A stretch of 61,352 nucleotides of DNA. Source: a virus (taxonomy: Duplodnaviria > Caudoviricetes). The notes beneath the pieces are model-generated. The model was not told the DNA's origin and did not search any database. It was given only the letters and a program-made list of their open reading frames with translations. Below are positions 26,543 to 35,278 of this stretch, one piece after another (position 1 is the stretch's first letter; every line of letters begins with the position of its first letter). The stretch spans positions 1 to 61,352 of the IMG/VR virus record IMGVR_UViG_3300009187_000027; one strand, given 5' to 3'. Made by a program: the position numbers and the translations under genes.

Positions 26543-27920
26543 CGAGCATCCCCTCTTGAACTCGTAGTGCCCTCAGTCCCTCCTGCCGCGCCTTCTCGTC
26601 ATCGATGAAACGCTGCCGGTCGCCGGGCTTCGGTCGGACGGGCGTGAGGGCGTTGCTGCCCCACGGGAACGCAGCAGACGCAGCCAAGGCATTCGTCGGC
26701 TCCCAGATGGTCTCATCGAGAGCCACCCGCTTTGCGACTGCGGGGGCCATAGCCCGAGCGGTCTTGAGCCCGGCGAGCAGCCCACCCTTCGCCGCCGACA
26801 TGCCTGTCTTGTAGGCCATTGGCCCGACGCCACCTAGCAAGACAGTGCCGGGGTCGAGCGGAATGTACTTGAAGTCGTTGAAGAACTCCCATGCAGGGCT
26901 CATCGACCTGCCCTGCGAGTGTGCGTAATCCATCGCAGTCGGCTTGGCAGCCATCTGCGTGGCGGCGGCACGGGCGTTGATGAAGTTGTGCCGCTGATCC
27001 CCGATCCCGTCTGGCACCTTTGGGCTTGGGGATGTCGAGTCCATGAGGGATGCCGTGTAGGTGGACTCGTCCATCAACGCACCGGGGTAGTTCACGACGC
27101 CCCTGACCAAGTCCTTGGCGGTTCCCAGCAAGCCCCACATGGGCGTATTGTCTTTCCTGACAGCCCGCCCGGCTGCGTTCTCCATCATGCTCCAGTTCAT
27201 CAGACTTCGACCGATGAGCGAGTCGCCGCCTGCGGTGAGGAAGTTCGCGGCACTACCGTTCACGCCGCCATCCTCAGAGAAATTTGGGAAAGGCGAGGTC
27301 TGCGGGTAGTAGTTGTGAACCAAACTCGCATGCTTCGTCGGGCTCTCATCCGCCTGCTGGTGCATGCGGGCTGACAGCGACATGGCTGAGTCTCTGGATT
27401 GCTGTGCAATGCGTGGGTCTACTGAATACCCCAGCAATCCGCTCAAGGGCGAAGTCCCATACTGGACGGGGGTGTTGTCCAGTTTCCCCGAGGCGAGGTC
27501 TTCGATTGACGGGGCCACTCTGACTCCAGCGGCAGCCCGCACCAGATTGCTGTCCCGCAGAACCTCATACCGCTGCTGATCGCCGGGGCCAAGGGCGTAC
27601 CATCCCGATCCCGTCTGGTCGGCAATCTGCTGCCGCTCCGATGGCGAGATGCCTCTGGGCACTGGCATGCTAGCGGCGCTTTTCATCCGCTGATCGATCA
27701 AGCCGAGCAGTGCGTTCCGGTCTTCCGCGAACTCAGGCGAGCGGACAAGCAGGGTATCGACTGCCTCTTGTGGGTCGCTTTCAGGAACCCACTTCTGCAT
27801 CACCGGGGCGAGACGTTGTGCCACGGCATGCTCCGCCTCCGACTTCCTTCGCAGGTCGCTCTGGGCTGTGTCGCCCCCAAGCATCCAGTTCATCAACGCA
27901 GTGACGTTCGGCTCGCTCAT
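26529..27920 (-). CDS. Hypothetical protein, internal-virion-like composition
   Basis: 463 aa; AGGAG RBS preceded by GCCATAAG. Confidence 0.7.
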   Translation of the reverse strand: MSEPNVTALMNWMLGGDTAQSDLRRKSEAEHAVAQRLAPVMQKWVPESDPQEAVDTLLVRSPEFAEDRNALLGLIDQRMKSAASMPVPRGISPSERQQIADQTGSGWYALGPGDQQRYEVLRDSNLVRAAAGVRVAPSIEDLASGKLDNTPVQYGTSPLSGLLGYSVDPRIAQQSRDSAMSLSARMHQQADESPTKHASLVHNYYPQTSPFPNFSEDGGVNGSAANFLTAGGDSLIGRSLMNWSMMENAAGRAVRKDNTPMWGLLGTAKDLVRGVVNYPGALMDESTYTASLMDSTSPSPKVPDGIGDQRHNFINARAAATQMAAKPTAMDYAHSQGRSMSPAWEFFNDFKYIPLDPGTVLLGGVGPMAYKTGMSAAKGGLLAGLKTARAMAPAVAKRVALDETIWEPTNALAASAAFPWGSNALTPVRPKPGDRQRFIDDEKARQEGLRALRVQEGMLDGGY

Positions 27921-27937
27921 CTTTTTCTCCTGTCGTT

Positions 27938-27960
27938 CTTATGGCTTGCCGGGCCATAAG
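27938..27960. promoter_or_regulatory. Back-to-back GCCATAAG motifs (putative divergent late promoter)
   Basis: CTTATGGC-ttgccgg-GCCATAAG between divergent genes. Confidence 0.65.
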
Positions 27961-27996
27961 CCCTACGCAGCCCTAACCCGAGATAAGGAGATGCAC

Positions 27997-28455
27997 ATGC
28001 GGTGGTATTCCGCGCCCCTGTTGATTTTGGCCCTGTCTGGCTTCGCGAACGCTCAAGAGCCGAACCGGCTCTATCGCACTGAGTGCAACGGCACGACCTG
28101 CAAGCGGGTCTACGTCGGCAGCGAGTTTGAGAACCGAGTGATCGACATCCACAACCGAGAGCGGCAGGCAAGAGGGCTTGCCCCTCTGCGAGTGAGCCAG
28201 CGGCTGATGGACTTTGCTCGTTCGTGGAGCAACACGCAGGCCAAGCACAGACGCATGTACCACAGCGGCGGGCCATACGCCGAAAATGTTGCCGTGGGGC
28301 AGCCCAATCCCGAGTCTGTCTCGCAGGCTTGGCTGAAGTCCCCCGGTCACTACCGGAACTGGATGACACCGTCTCACCGTGAGATCGGCGTCGGTGCCGT
28401 GCGGGCTCCCAACGGCAGCATTTACTGGACAACCGTCTTCACAGGCGGCAACTGA
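27997..28455 (+). CDS. Secreted CAP/SCP-domain protein
   Basis: Signal peptide; HNRER..GL.PL, AENVA.G, WLKSPGHYRN, IGVG, YWT. Confidence 0.9.
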   Translation: MRWYSAPLLILALSGFANAQEPNRLYRTECNGTTCKRVYVGSEFENRVIDIHNRERQARGLAPLRVSQRLMDFARSWSNTQAKHRRMYHSGGPYAENVAVGQPNPESVSQAWLKSPGHYRNWMTPSHREIGVGAVRAPNGSIYWTTVFTGGN

Positions 28456-28482
28456 GCAACACCACCCCCCGAGACCCAAGCC

Positions 28483-29538
28483 ATGAGCGACGAAGAACTG
28501 ATCGAAGACGATATCCCCGAGAACGACGCACCCGAGGCTGACGTTCCCGACGAGATCGAGCCGGAAGTCGAGGCACCCGAGGCTCCGCAGCCCGAGCAGA
28601 CGGTCTGGTCAGCGTTCCGCTCGCTGCCCGAGTTCCAGAACGTGCAGGACGATAGGGCCATTGCCCAGCGTCTCTACATGGCTCTGGAGCGAGAGAAGCA
28701 GGCCAGCCACGCCCTCCAGCAGTACCAGCAGATCATGCCGGTCGCACAGGAGTACCTCAAGAACCGCCCCGAGTTTGAGAAGTGGCGGCTCGCCCAGAAC
28801 GCTCCCGCCCCGCAGGCTCCTGTTCCTGCTCCCGCTGCTGCCGAGGCTCCCAAGAAGTGGTGGAACCCGCCGGAACTGCGGGACGCCTACAAGAAGTACA
28901 TCGTCAAAGATGAGCAGGGCAGGGACACGATCCACCCGGATACGCCCCTCGATGCCCGCCATGCCATCACCGAGTTCTTCGACTACAAGAGCAAGTTCGC
29001 CAACGACTTTCTCTCAAACCCGGAGCAGACTCTCGCCCCGGTGATCGAGCGGTTTGCCCGCGAGCAGGCCCAGCAGATTGTGAAGTCACAACTGGAGGAA
29101 GCGGGCCGCAATCAGTACGTCCAGACCCTTGAAGAACAGAACAAGGGATGGCTCTACAGCGACCCGGCAAAAAAAATTGTCTCACCGGAGGGGGCTGCTT
29201 GCCAGAAGTATATCGAACAGGCAGCCGCCTATGGCATCGATTCACCCGAAGCCAGATGGAACTATGCCCTTCAGATGGTCGAGCGTGACCTTCTGATTCA
29301 AGTTCAGCAGGCTCAAGGAAGTCAGGCACAGCGACAGGCATTCCAGCAGTCGCTTGAGGCAGTGGCCCCGCCGCAACCGGCGAGGCAGTCTCAGGCGGAA
29401 GCCAACATGGAGTACCTCCGCCGGGCCGCTTCGCGGACAGCCAATCGCGCTCAACCGGCTCCTGCGGACACCGCTCCAAAGGGTCGGACGTTTGAAGAAC
29501 AACTGTTATCGACACTGGAAACCGAACGACTGATCTGA
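28483..29538 (+). CDS. Putative capsid scaffolding protein
   Basis: Acidic N-terminus, helical Q/A-rich, immediately upstream of the capsid gene. Confidence 0.65.
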   Translation: MSDEELIEDDIPENDAPEADVPDEIEPEVEAPEAPQPEQTVWSAFRSLPEFQNVQDDRAIAQRLYMALEREKQASHALQQYQQIMPVAQEYLKNRPEFEKWRLAQNAPAPQAPVPAPAAAEAPKKWWNPPELRDAYKKYIVKDEQGRDTIHPDTPLDARHAITEFFDYKSKFANDFLSNPEQTLAPVIERFAREQAQQIVKSQLEEAGRNQYVQTLEEQNKGWLYSDPAKKIVSPEGAACQKYIEQAAAYGIDSPEARWNYALQMVERDLLIQVQQAQGSQAQRQAFQQSLEAVAPPQPARQSQAEANMEYLRRAASRTANRAQPAPADTAPKGRTFEEQLLSTLETERLI

Positions 29539-29566
29539 AAGGTCGGTCACACAAAGGAGCGCTCGC

Positions 29567-30685
29567 ATGGCGACAGAGACTGATTGGGCTCGCGCAATTG
29601 GCACGACGATCACCAACTACCTTCGGCAGGAAGAGATCGCCGTCCTCCGCAAGTACCGGGTCTACGCCGCCCTTGAATCGAGCGGCAACGTCCTGACCAA
29701 TCAATCGGGAAGGGGCTTTTCATGGGAGGTAAAATTTCGCCAGCAGCCCGTGAGCGGTAACAATGGAGAAACTCCTCGCACGTTCGCCCGCCACAACCTG
29801 TGGAAGACCGCGAAACTCGACTATCGCGGCTATCAGGTCACCGACGCGATCTATCGTCGTGAGATGCTGGAAAATCGCGGTCAGCAGGCTCTGATCAACG
29901 TCGCTGGCAAAATGGCCCAGCGTCTTCAGGAGTCGATGGAGTCCCACCTGTCCCGCGAGGTCTACGTTGACGGCGATCAGGTCGGCAACGAACTCCGGTT
30001 TCAGGGGCTGGACACCATGTTCGGCTACGACGGCACCATCAACGTGAACGATGGTACGAAGCGGGCCTACAACGCTGCCGATCCGTTCTGCTGGCCCAAG
30101 GACACCTACGCCGGTCTCTCGACCGAACTGGGTGCCGAGGCGGGCTCGCAGTTGGAGAAGGGTTCGTGGCCCAACGTCGCCTGCGATCCTGAGTACGACT
30201 ACTACTCTCCGATCATCTGTGCCTACAACTCGTCCTACTTCAAGGGACAGTCGGCAACGTGGAAGGATCAGTGCGTCGAGGCTGTCCGCGAGGCGATCCA
30301 CCAGACCAAGCGGAACGACACGAAGGAATCCGCCATCGACCTCGTTCTGGTGGATCGTCGGATGTACATCGACTACATGAACCGGCTCGACTCCAAGGAG
30401 CGGGCCATCGTCACCAAGACGGCGGGCCTGAAGTCCTACGGATTCGGTGATGTTTTCGAGCAGGATGGCGTCGAAATCTCGACCGAGTACGCGGTGCCCA
30501 CGGGCTGTGGCTACGGGCTCTCCATCGGCAACATGTATCTGCATGCGATGGAAGGCTCGCTGATCACGGCTGAAGGCCCCTATTACAGCGAAACGAATCA
30601 GTCCTATAGGTACTGTGCTTCTGTTCTCGCCAACCTGCGATTCGTTAGTCCTCGCAACTTTTTCAAACTGGTCGCCGCCAAGTAA
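29567..30685 (+). CDS. Major capsid protein
   Basis: 372 aa; VYVDG...FQGL; C-terminal NLRFVSPRNF; position after scaffold. Confidence 0.8.
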   Translation: MATETDWARAIGTTITNYLRQEEIAVLRKYRVYAALESSGNVLTNQSGRGFSWEVKFRQQPVSGNNGETPRTFARHNLWKTAKLDYRGYQVTDAIYRREMLENRGQQALINVAGKMAQRLQESMESHLSREVYVDGDQVGNELRFQGLDTMFGYDGTINVNDGTKRAYNAADPFCWPKDTYAGLSTELGAEAGSQLEKGSWPNVACDPEYDYYSPIICAYNSSYFKGQSATWKDQCVEAVREAIHQTKRNDTKESAIDLVLVDRRMYIDYMNRLDSKERAIVTKTAGLKSYGFGDVFEQDGVEISTEYAVPTGCGYGLSIGNMYLHAMEGSLITAEGPYYSETNQSYRYCASVLANLRFVSPRNFFKLVAAK

Positions 30686-30706
30686 CCCCCAAGGAAAGCA
30701 AAGACG

Positions 30707-31189
30707 ATGTCATATCAACTCGATCCCGGTTTCGGTCGCGGCGAGGTTCTTGGTGTTCTGTGGGATCATCCCATCGAGAAGACCGATCCCACCAAGACGG
30801 GAGCCTCTCAGGTTCTCACGACCAAGCAGTTCACCGACGTTGACCCGCACACGGGTTCCGTTCTCTCCAACGAGATCGTGACCTGCGTGGCGGTTCGCAA
30901 CGACACGGGTGCCGACCTCGTCGCTGGCGAAGAGGCGACCGTCTCGGGCTACAAGGGCGTCGTGGATGAGTACCTCACCAAGGACGTTCCCGAGAACGAG
31001 GTCTGCTGGCTGGTTGTGGCTGGCCCGACCCAGAAGCCGGTGGGCACCCGAGTTCGTCTGACCCCGGCTGCGGCAACGGACTTCGCCCTGCCCAAGATCG
31101 GCGGCGACGATGATGCCGATGTCACCCCAATCGACACCACCACCGATGCGGTGCCGGTCACCGCCCCCGACACCACCACCACCCCGTGA
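30707..31189 (+). CDS. Putative capsid decoration protein
   Basis: Follows MCP; GVVDEYL...CWLVVAGP. Confidence 0.55.
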   Translation: MSYQLDPGFGRGEVLGVLWDHPIEKTDPTKTGASQVLTTKQFTDVDPHTGSVLSNEIVTCVAVRNDTGADLVAGEEATVSGYKGVVDEYLTKDVPENEVCWLVVAGPTQKPVGTRVRLTPAAATDFALPKIGGDDDADVTPIDTTTDAVPVTAPDTTTTP

Positions 31190-31197
31190 GGTCAGTC

Positions 31198-31446
31198 ATG
31201 CGTCTTGCCCTGATCGTTCTCCTTGCTCTCGTCTCGACCGCTGCCTTCGCTGACACGAAGCCCGCCGAGGATCGCAAGGAACTGAAGTACCAGAAGCACG
31301 TTGCCAAGCGCAGCGGGCGGATCGAGAAGCACGAAGCCAAGCGGGCCTTCAAGGCCAAGCGGCTTGAGAAGCGGGCGAACTTCAATCTCTCCGAGAACAA
31401 GAAGTTCGACGCGAAGAAGGACGCCCTCAAGGAAACCGTCAAGTAG
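31198..31446 (+). CDS. Small secreted Lys-rich protein
   Basis: Signal peptide MRLALIVLLALVSTAAFA, then a basic helix. Confidence 0.6.
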   Translation: MRLALIVLLALVSTAAFADTKPAEDRKELKYQKHVAKRSGRIEKHEAKRAFKAKRLEKRANFNLSENKKFDAKKDALKETVK

Positions 31447-31469
31447 CACTTGACCACTGGAGCGGACAC

Positions 31470-31512
31470 AGAGGGCGGCGGGCTGACGAGAGTCGCCTGA
31501 CCGCCCTCTTTG
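31470..31512 (+). terminator. Hairpin after capsid operon (probable terminator)
   Basis: AGAGGGCGG...CCGCCCTCT-TTG; short T tract. Confidence 0.5.
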
Positions 31513-31519
31513 CTGACAC

Positions 31520-32068
31520 ATGCCAACCGACGAACACATTCGGAAAGAAGAGCCGAAGGATAAGGGCTTCGCACCGAAGGCTCCCGAGCCGAAGGTGAAG
31601 AACGGGCCTGCGGCAACTTTGGCCCCGCTGCCGAGGATGCCCGATCCGCCGGGGGAGCCCAAGAAGCCGCTTGAGCCTCCCGAGATGGAGAAGCCGCCGA
31701 AGCAACTGGCGCATGCCAGCAAGTTGACCCATGAAGCCCCGTCGTATGGCTGGGACGTATCCGACAGCGCCCAGTTCGCCTACCCCGGCGAAGCGGCAGC
31801 CTACAAGGCAGGGCAAGAACTTCAGGCAGCCCAAGCCGAGTACGCAGACGCCCTTATGAGCAACCCTCTTGCCATCACTGGCATTGGGAGGCGTGTGCAG
31901 TCTCTTTCCAACTACCTCAATGCGTATCGCGCAGGCGTTCAGTTGCCCGACCAGCATGTCCTGCCTCGCGCCCAGATGACGGGCTACCACACCCGAGCGG
32001 GTTTTGACACTAACCCGGCGCAAAGTCAGTTCATCCAAACCCCCCACTGGCACGAATTAGAAGGGTAG
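31520..32068 (+). CDS. Hypothetical Pro-rich protein
   Basis: 182-aa ORF in the late region. Confidence 0.6.
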   Translation: MPTDEHIRKEEPKDKGFAPKAPEPKVKNGPAATLAPLPRMPDPPGEPKKPLEPPEMEKPPKQLAHASKLTHEAPSYGWDVSDSAQFAYPGEAAAYKAGQELQAAQAEYADALMSNPLAITGIGRRVQSLSNYLNAYRAGVQLPDQHVLPRAQMTGYHTRAGFDTNPAQSQFIQTPHWHELEG

Positions 32069-32070
32069 TT

Positions 32071-32631
32071 ATGGGATACCTCGATCAAGACCTTGAGTCT
32101 GGCTACGCCCGCAAGCAGATGCTTTATGACGGCATGCAGCGTGGTCATGAGCAGAGGCGCTTGGAAGCCCTCATGGCCTTGCGTCGGGCCGAGGACGCTG
32201 GCAACCCGACCGGGTTTGGCATGGGTGCTTCGCAGGTTCAGCACTACAACGCCGCCCACGAAGGTCAGATTTACTCGATGGGCGAGGATGTCATGCGGGC
32301 CGATTTGGACGCAGGGCATAACGCCCGCGATTGGGGCAACTGGGCTAGCGGCAGGCAACTCCAGCACGAACGCAACCTCCAGAACAACGAGTCGATGACC
32401 CGCCAGATTTCCGCCCAGCAGCCCAGTATGGTTGCCGCCCAAGAGGCAGCCGCCACGGGGCAGGTCGCCAACGCTATCGGCGGCATGGGCAACGGTTTCC
32501 AGTTGGGTCAAGGGACGCCCGGTCTTGCTCAAGGCAACCTCTCGATCCACGACCACCAAGGCAACCGGATTGGTGGCACCTACCAGCCCCCGCAGGGCGC
32601 TCTCAGCGGACTCATCAGGCGTAGGCGATAA
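32071..32631 (+). CDS. Hypothetical Gly/Gln-rich protein
   Basis: 186-aa ORF, 2 nt after the previous stop. Confidence 0.65.
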   Translation: MGYLDQDLESGYARKQMLYDGMQRGHEQRRLEALMALRRAEDAGNPTGFGMGASQVQHYNAAHEGQIYSMGEDVMRADLDAGHNARDWGNWASGRQLQHERNLQNNESMTRQISAQQPSMVAAQEAAATGQVANAIGGMGNGFQLGQGTPGLAQGNLSIHDHQGNRIGGTYQPPQGALSGLIRRRR

Positions 32632-32699
32632 CCCCGGCGGAAGCCGGGTCTCGGGGCCACACCGTGGGGACGCCTGCGGTGTGGTTTCTAGGCTGACTT

Positions 32700-33266
32700 A
32701 TGGACGCTAACCAGCAGTGCTGTCAGGAGTGCGGAACAGTTCGCCCACGGGGGGCAACGCACTTTCCTCGCTACAAAGGCCAAGACCTTCTTTGCATCTC
32801 CTGCGTGGGTGCAAAGAAGCGGATGCGGCAGGAGGCCAAGCGGGAGGCCCGCGAAGCCAAGATGCGTTCGCTGGAGACCCGAGCCGTAGACGCAATGCTG
32901 GAGGCGGCGGGCAAGGGCGGATCGAACATCCCGCACTCTGCGGAACTCCTTGAGACCGTCATGGGCCACTTTGGTGGCGTGAATGGATTCTCCTCGCTCC
33001 TGCTCAAGCAGTACTTTGAGTCCAAGCCGGGCAGTGCCACCCGCACCAAGATGCTGGAGATGATCACGCGGCTCGTCACGACCAATGCCGATCAGGGTGG
33101 CTCGCGGAAGCCCCTTCAGTTCTGGAGCGAGGAAGAACTGGAGAACGAACTCCAAGGTCGCCTGATCGAGGTCGCCGCCACGGTCGTGCCTCGACTCAGC
33201 CACATCACCGAGGTGGAACATGCAGCCCCTGCCGACAGTCCAGCAGGCGTCGAAGTACTCCCGTGA
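32700..33266 (+). CDS. Putative terminase small subunit
   Basis: Overlaps terL start; N-terminal CxxC pairs; helical. Confidence 0.5.
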   Translation: MDANQQCCQECGTVRPRGATHFPRYKGQDLLCISCVGAKKRMRQEAKREAREAKMRSLETRAVDAMLEAAGKGGSNIPHSAELLETVMGHFGGVNGFSSLLLKQYFESKPGSATRTKMLEMITRLVTTNADQGGSRKPLQFWSEEELENELQGRLIEVAATVVPRLSHITEVEHAAPADSPAGVEVLP

Positions 33267-34923
33267 TCGCCTCCTAGAACTTCAGGGGGAAATCAGCGAG
33301 CGGCGGATCGAGGCGTTGCGGCTCTACCACCCGAGCCCCAAGCAGGACGATTTCCACGCCTCGACGGTGAGTGAGCGTCTGGTAATAGGCGGCAACAGAA
33401 GCGGCAAGACATTTTCTTCCGCAATGGAGATTGCCCGAGCCGCCACTGGTCAAGACCCATATAAGAAGTACCCGGAGCGGGATGGAGTCATTGCCTGCGT
33501 CGGTCGGAATTGGTCGCACATCGGGATGGTGATGGTGCCTTACCTGCTGCGGGCAGGGGCGTACAAGATCATCAGGGACGAACAGAGCGGCGAGTGGCGG
33601 GCTTTCGATCCGGTGCGAGACGTTAACCGCAAAGCACAGACGAAGCCCGCTCCACCGCTCCTTCCGCCCCGGATGATCAAAAGCACCTCTTGGATGCTGA
33701 AGAGTGCGGGCTACTGCAACAACATCGAGTTGCACAATGGCTGGCGCATCTTCTTCTTCTCGGCAGAAGGCGAAGCGCCCCAAGGATTTCAAGCCGACCT
33801 CGTATGGTGTGACGAGGACTTGCTGAATGACTCGTTCCTGCCCGAGTTGCAGGCACGACTTGCCGACCGTAAGGGGCGGCTCGTCTTCTCCGCCATGCCG
33901 CACAGCAAGTCGGACTCCCTTCTGGGGCTGTCCGAGCGAGCGGACAGGGCTGCCGAGAGTGGGGTCGAAAACCCGACCATCAAGAAGTGGGTGTTCCGAT
34001 TCCTCGACAACGAGTACATCGACGGGGAAGAGAAGTCCAAGATGATCGAGCGGTGGGCGGCTCAAGGGGAGGAAGTCCTCCGCATGAGAGCCGAGGGCGA
34101 GTTCACCACCGACTCAGTCCTGATGTACCCCACCTTCCATTCGTCAGTGCATGGCTACGACCGGGAAGACCTGCCCAACAAGGTCTCTATTCCCGAGGAT
34201 TGGACGCATTACGCCAGCATCGATCCGGGGCACACGGTGGCTGCTGCCGTGTTTGCCGCCGTGCCACCGGACAACTCGATGATCCTGATCTATGACGAAC
34301 TCTACCTGCGGCAGGCCAATGCCCGAACCTTCGGTGAGGAGTTCGCCAAGAGGGTCGGGTCTCAGCCATTCAATGCGTTCATCATCGACATGCACGGTGG
34401 CAGGATCACCGACATCGGCTCTGGCAAGCAGGTGGTTCTGCAATATGTAGAGCAACTGCGGGATCGGGGCATACGCTCCGCCACGACCGGGTCTGGGTTC
34501 ATCGCCGGTTGCGATGACATTGCCGCCCGCACCTCTGCCGTGCGTACAGCGATGCACATTCGCCCTAGCGGGACGCCCAAACTTCGCGTCCTCCGGGGGA
34601 CATGCCCGAACCTGATTCGGGAGATCAACCGCTACAGGAAGAAGACCGCGACGGTGAACGGCATGGTCGTGGTCACCGACACCCCGAACACACGGGGCGA
34701 GGTGCATGCTGTCCAGACGATGGAGTACCTCGTCGCCTACGAACCAAAATTCGTGTTTCGCAAGCCCGATCTTAAGGAGACCGATCCGCTTCCGCCGTGG
34801 TTCAATGCATATATGGCTCGAAAGAGTCAGAGAGAGAAGGGGTCGGCGGTTGTGTATTTCGGCCCCGAGAGTGACCGCACCAATGACATGGAGGCCAACC
34901 TTGGCATCGCAGAATGGGTCTGA
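33220..34923 (+). CDS. terL: Terminase large subunit
   Basis: GGNRSGKT Walker A, VWCDE Walker B, RNase-H-like SIDPG, IYDELY. Confidence 0.93.
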   Translation: MQPLPTVQQASKYSRDRLLELQGEISERRIEALRLYHPSPKQDDFHASTVSERLVIGGNRSGKTFSSAMEIARAATGQDPYKKYPERDGVIACVGRNWSHIGMVMVPYLLRAGAYKIIRDEQSGEWRAFDPVRDVNRKAQTKPAPPLLPPRMIKSTSWMLKSAGYCNNIELHNGWRIFFFSAEGEAPQGFQADLVWCDEDLLNDSFLPELQARLADRKGRLVFSAMPHSKSDSLLGLSERADRAAESGVENPTIKKWVFRFLDNEYIDGEEKSKMIERWAAQGEEVLRMRAEGEFTTDSVLMYPTFHSSVHGYDREDLPNKVSIPEDWTHYASIDPGHTVAAAVFAAVPPDNSMILIYDELYLRQANARTFGEEFAKRVGSQPFNAFIIDMHGGRITDIGSGKQVVLQYVEQLRDRGIRSATTGSGFIAGCDDIAARTSAVRTAMHIRPSGTPKLRVLRGTCPNLIREINRYRKKTATVNGMVVVTDTPNTRGEVHAVQTMEYLVAYEPKFVFRKPDLKETDPLPPWFNAYMARKSQREKGSAVVYFGPESDRTNDMEANLGIAEWV

Positions 34924-35251
34924 GCAGTACGTTCCGCCGGAAGTTTCTGTCGGTGATTGCGTTCTGTATCACGACAATCCGACGATTCATAACGACCCGA
35001 GGGTGGGCTACATCTGCCGCCGACCGGGGATGTTCACAGTCTCGATCCTCGTCTTCAGCCCTGATCAGGGGTGGATTGAGAAGCCATCGGTTCGCCACGC
35101 CGACGATCCGGGGCTGGAAACCAACCCCGCGTGGCGGCAGTGGGGTTCGTGGGAACTGCACCCAACCGCCGCGCTGCTCAAGCGGCTCGACGGGATGATG
35201 CCCCAACTGACGGTACTTCTGGCCCGAAATGGCGGCAAGGGCCGCGATTAA
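34901..35251 (+). CDS. Hypothetical protein
   Basis: TTG start after GGAGG; VSVGDCVLY. Confidence 0.6.
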   Translation: MASQNGSEQYVPPEVSVGDCVLYHDNPTIHNDPRVGYICRRPGMFTVSILVFSPDQGWIEKPSVRHADDPGLETNPAWRQWGSWELHPTAALLKRLDGMMPQLTVLLARNGGKGRD

Positions 35252-35252
35252 G

Positions 35253-35260
35253 GCCATAAG
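35253..35260 (+). promoter_or_regulatory. GCCATAAG motif upstream of portal
   Basis: Ends 18 nt before ATG 35279. Confidence 0.55.
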
Positions 35261-35278
35261 GTCTGTTGGAGGAACCCC

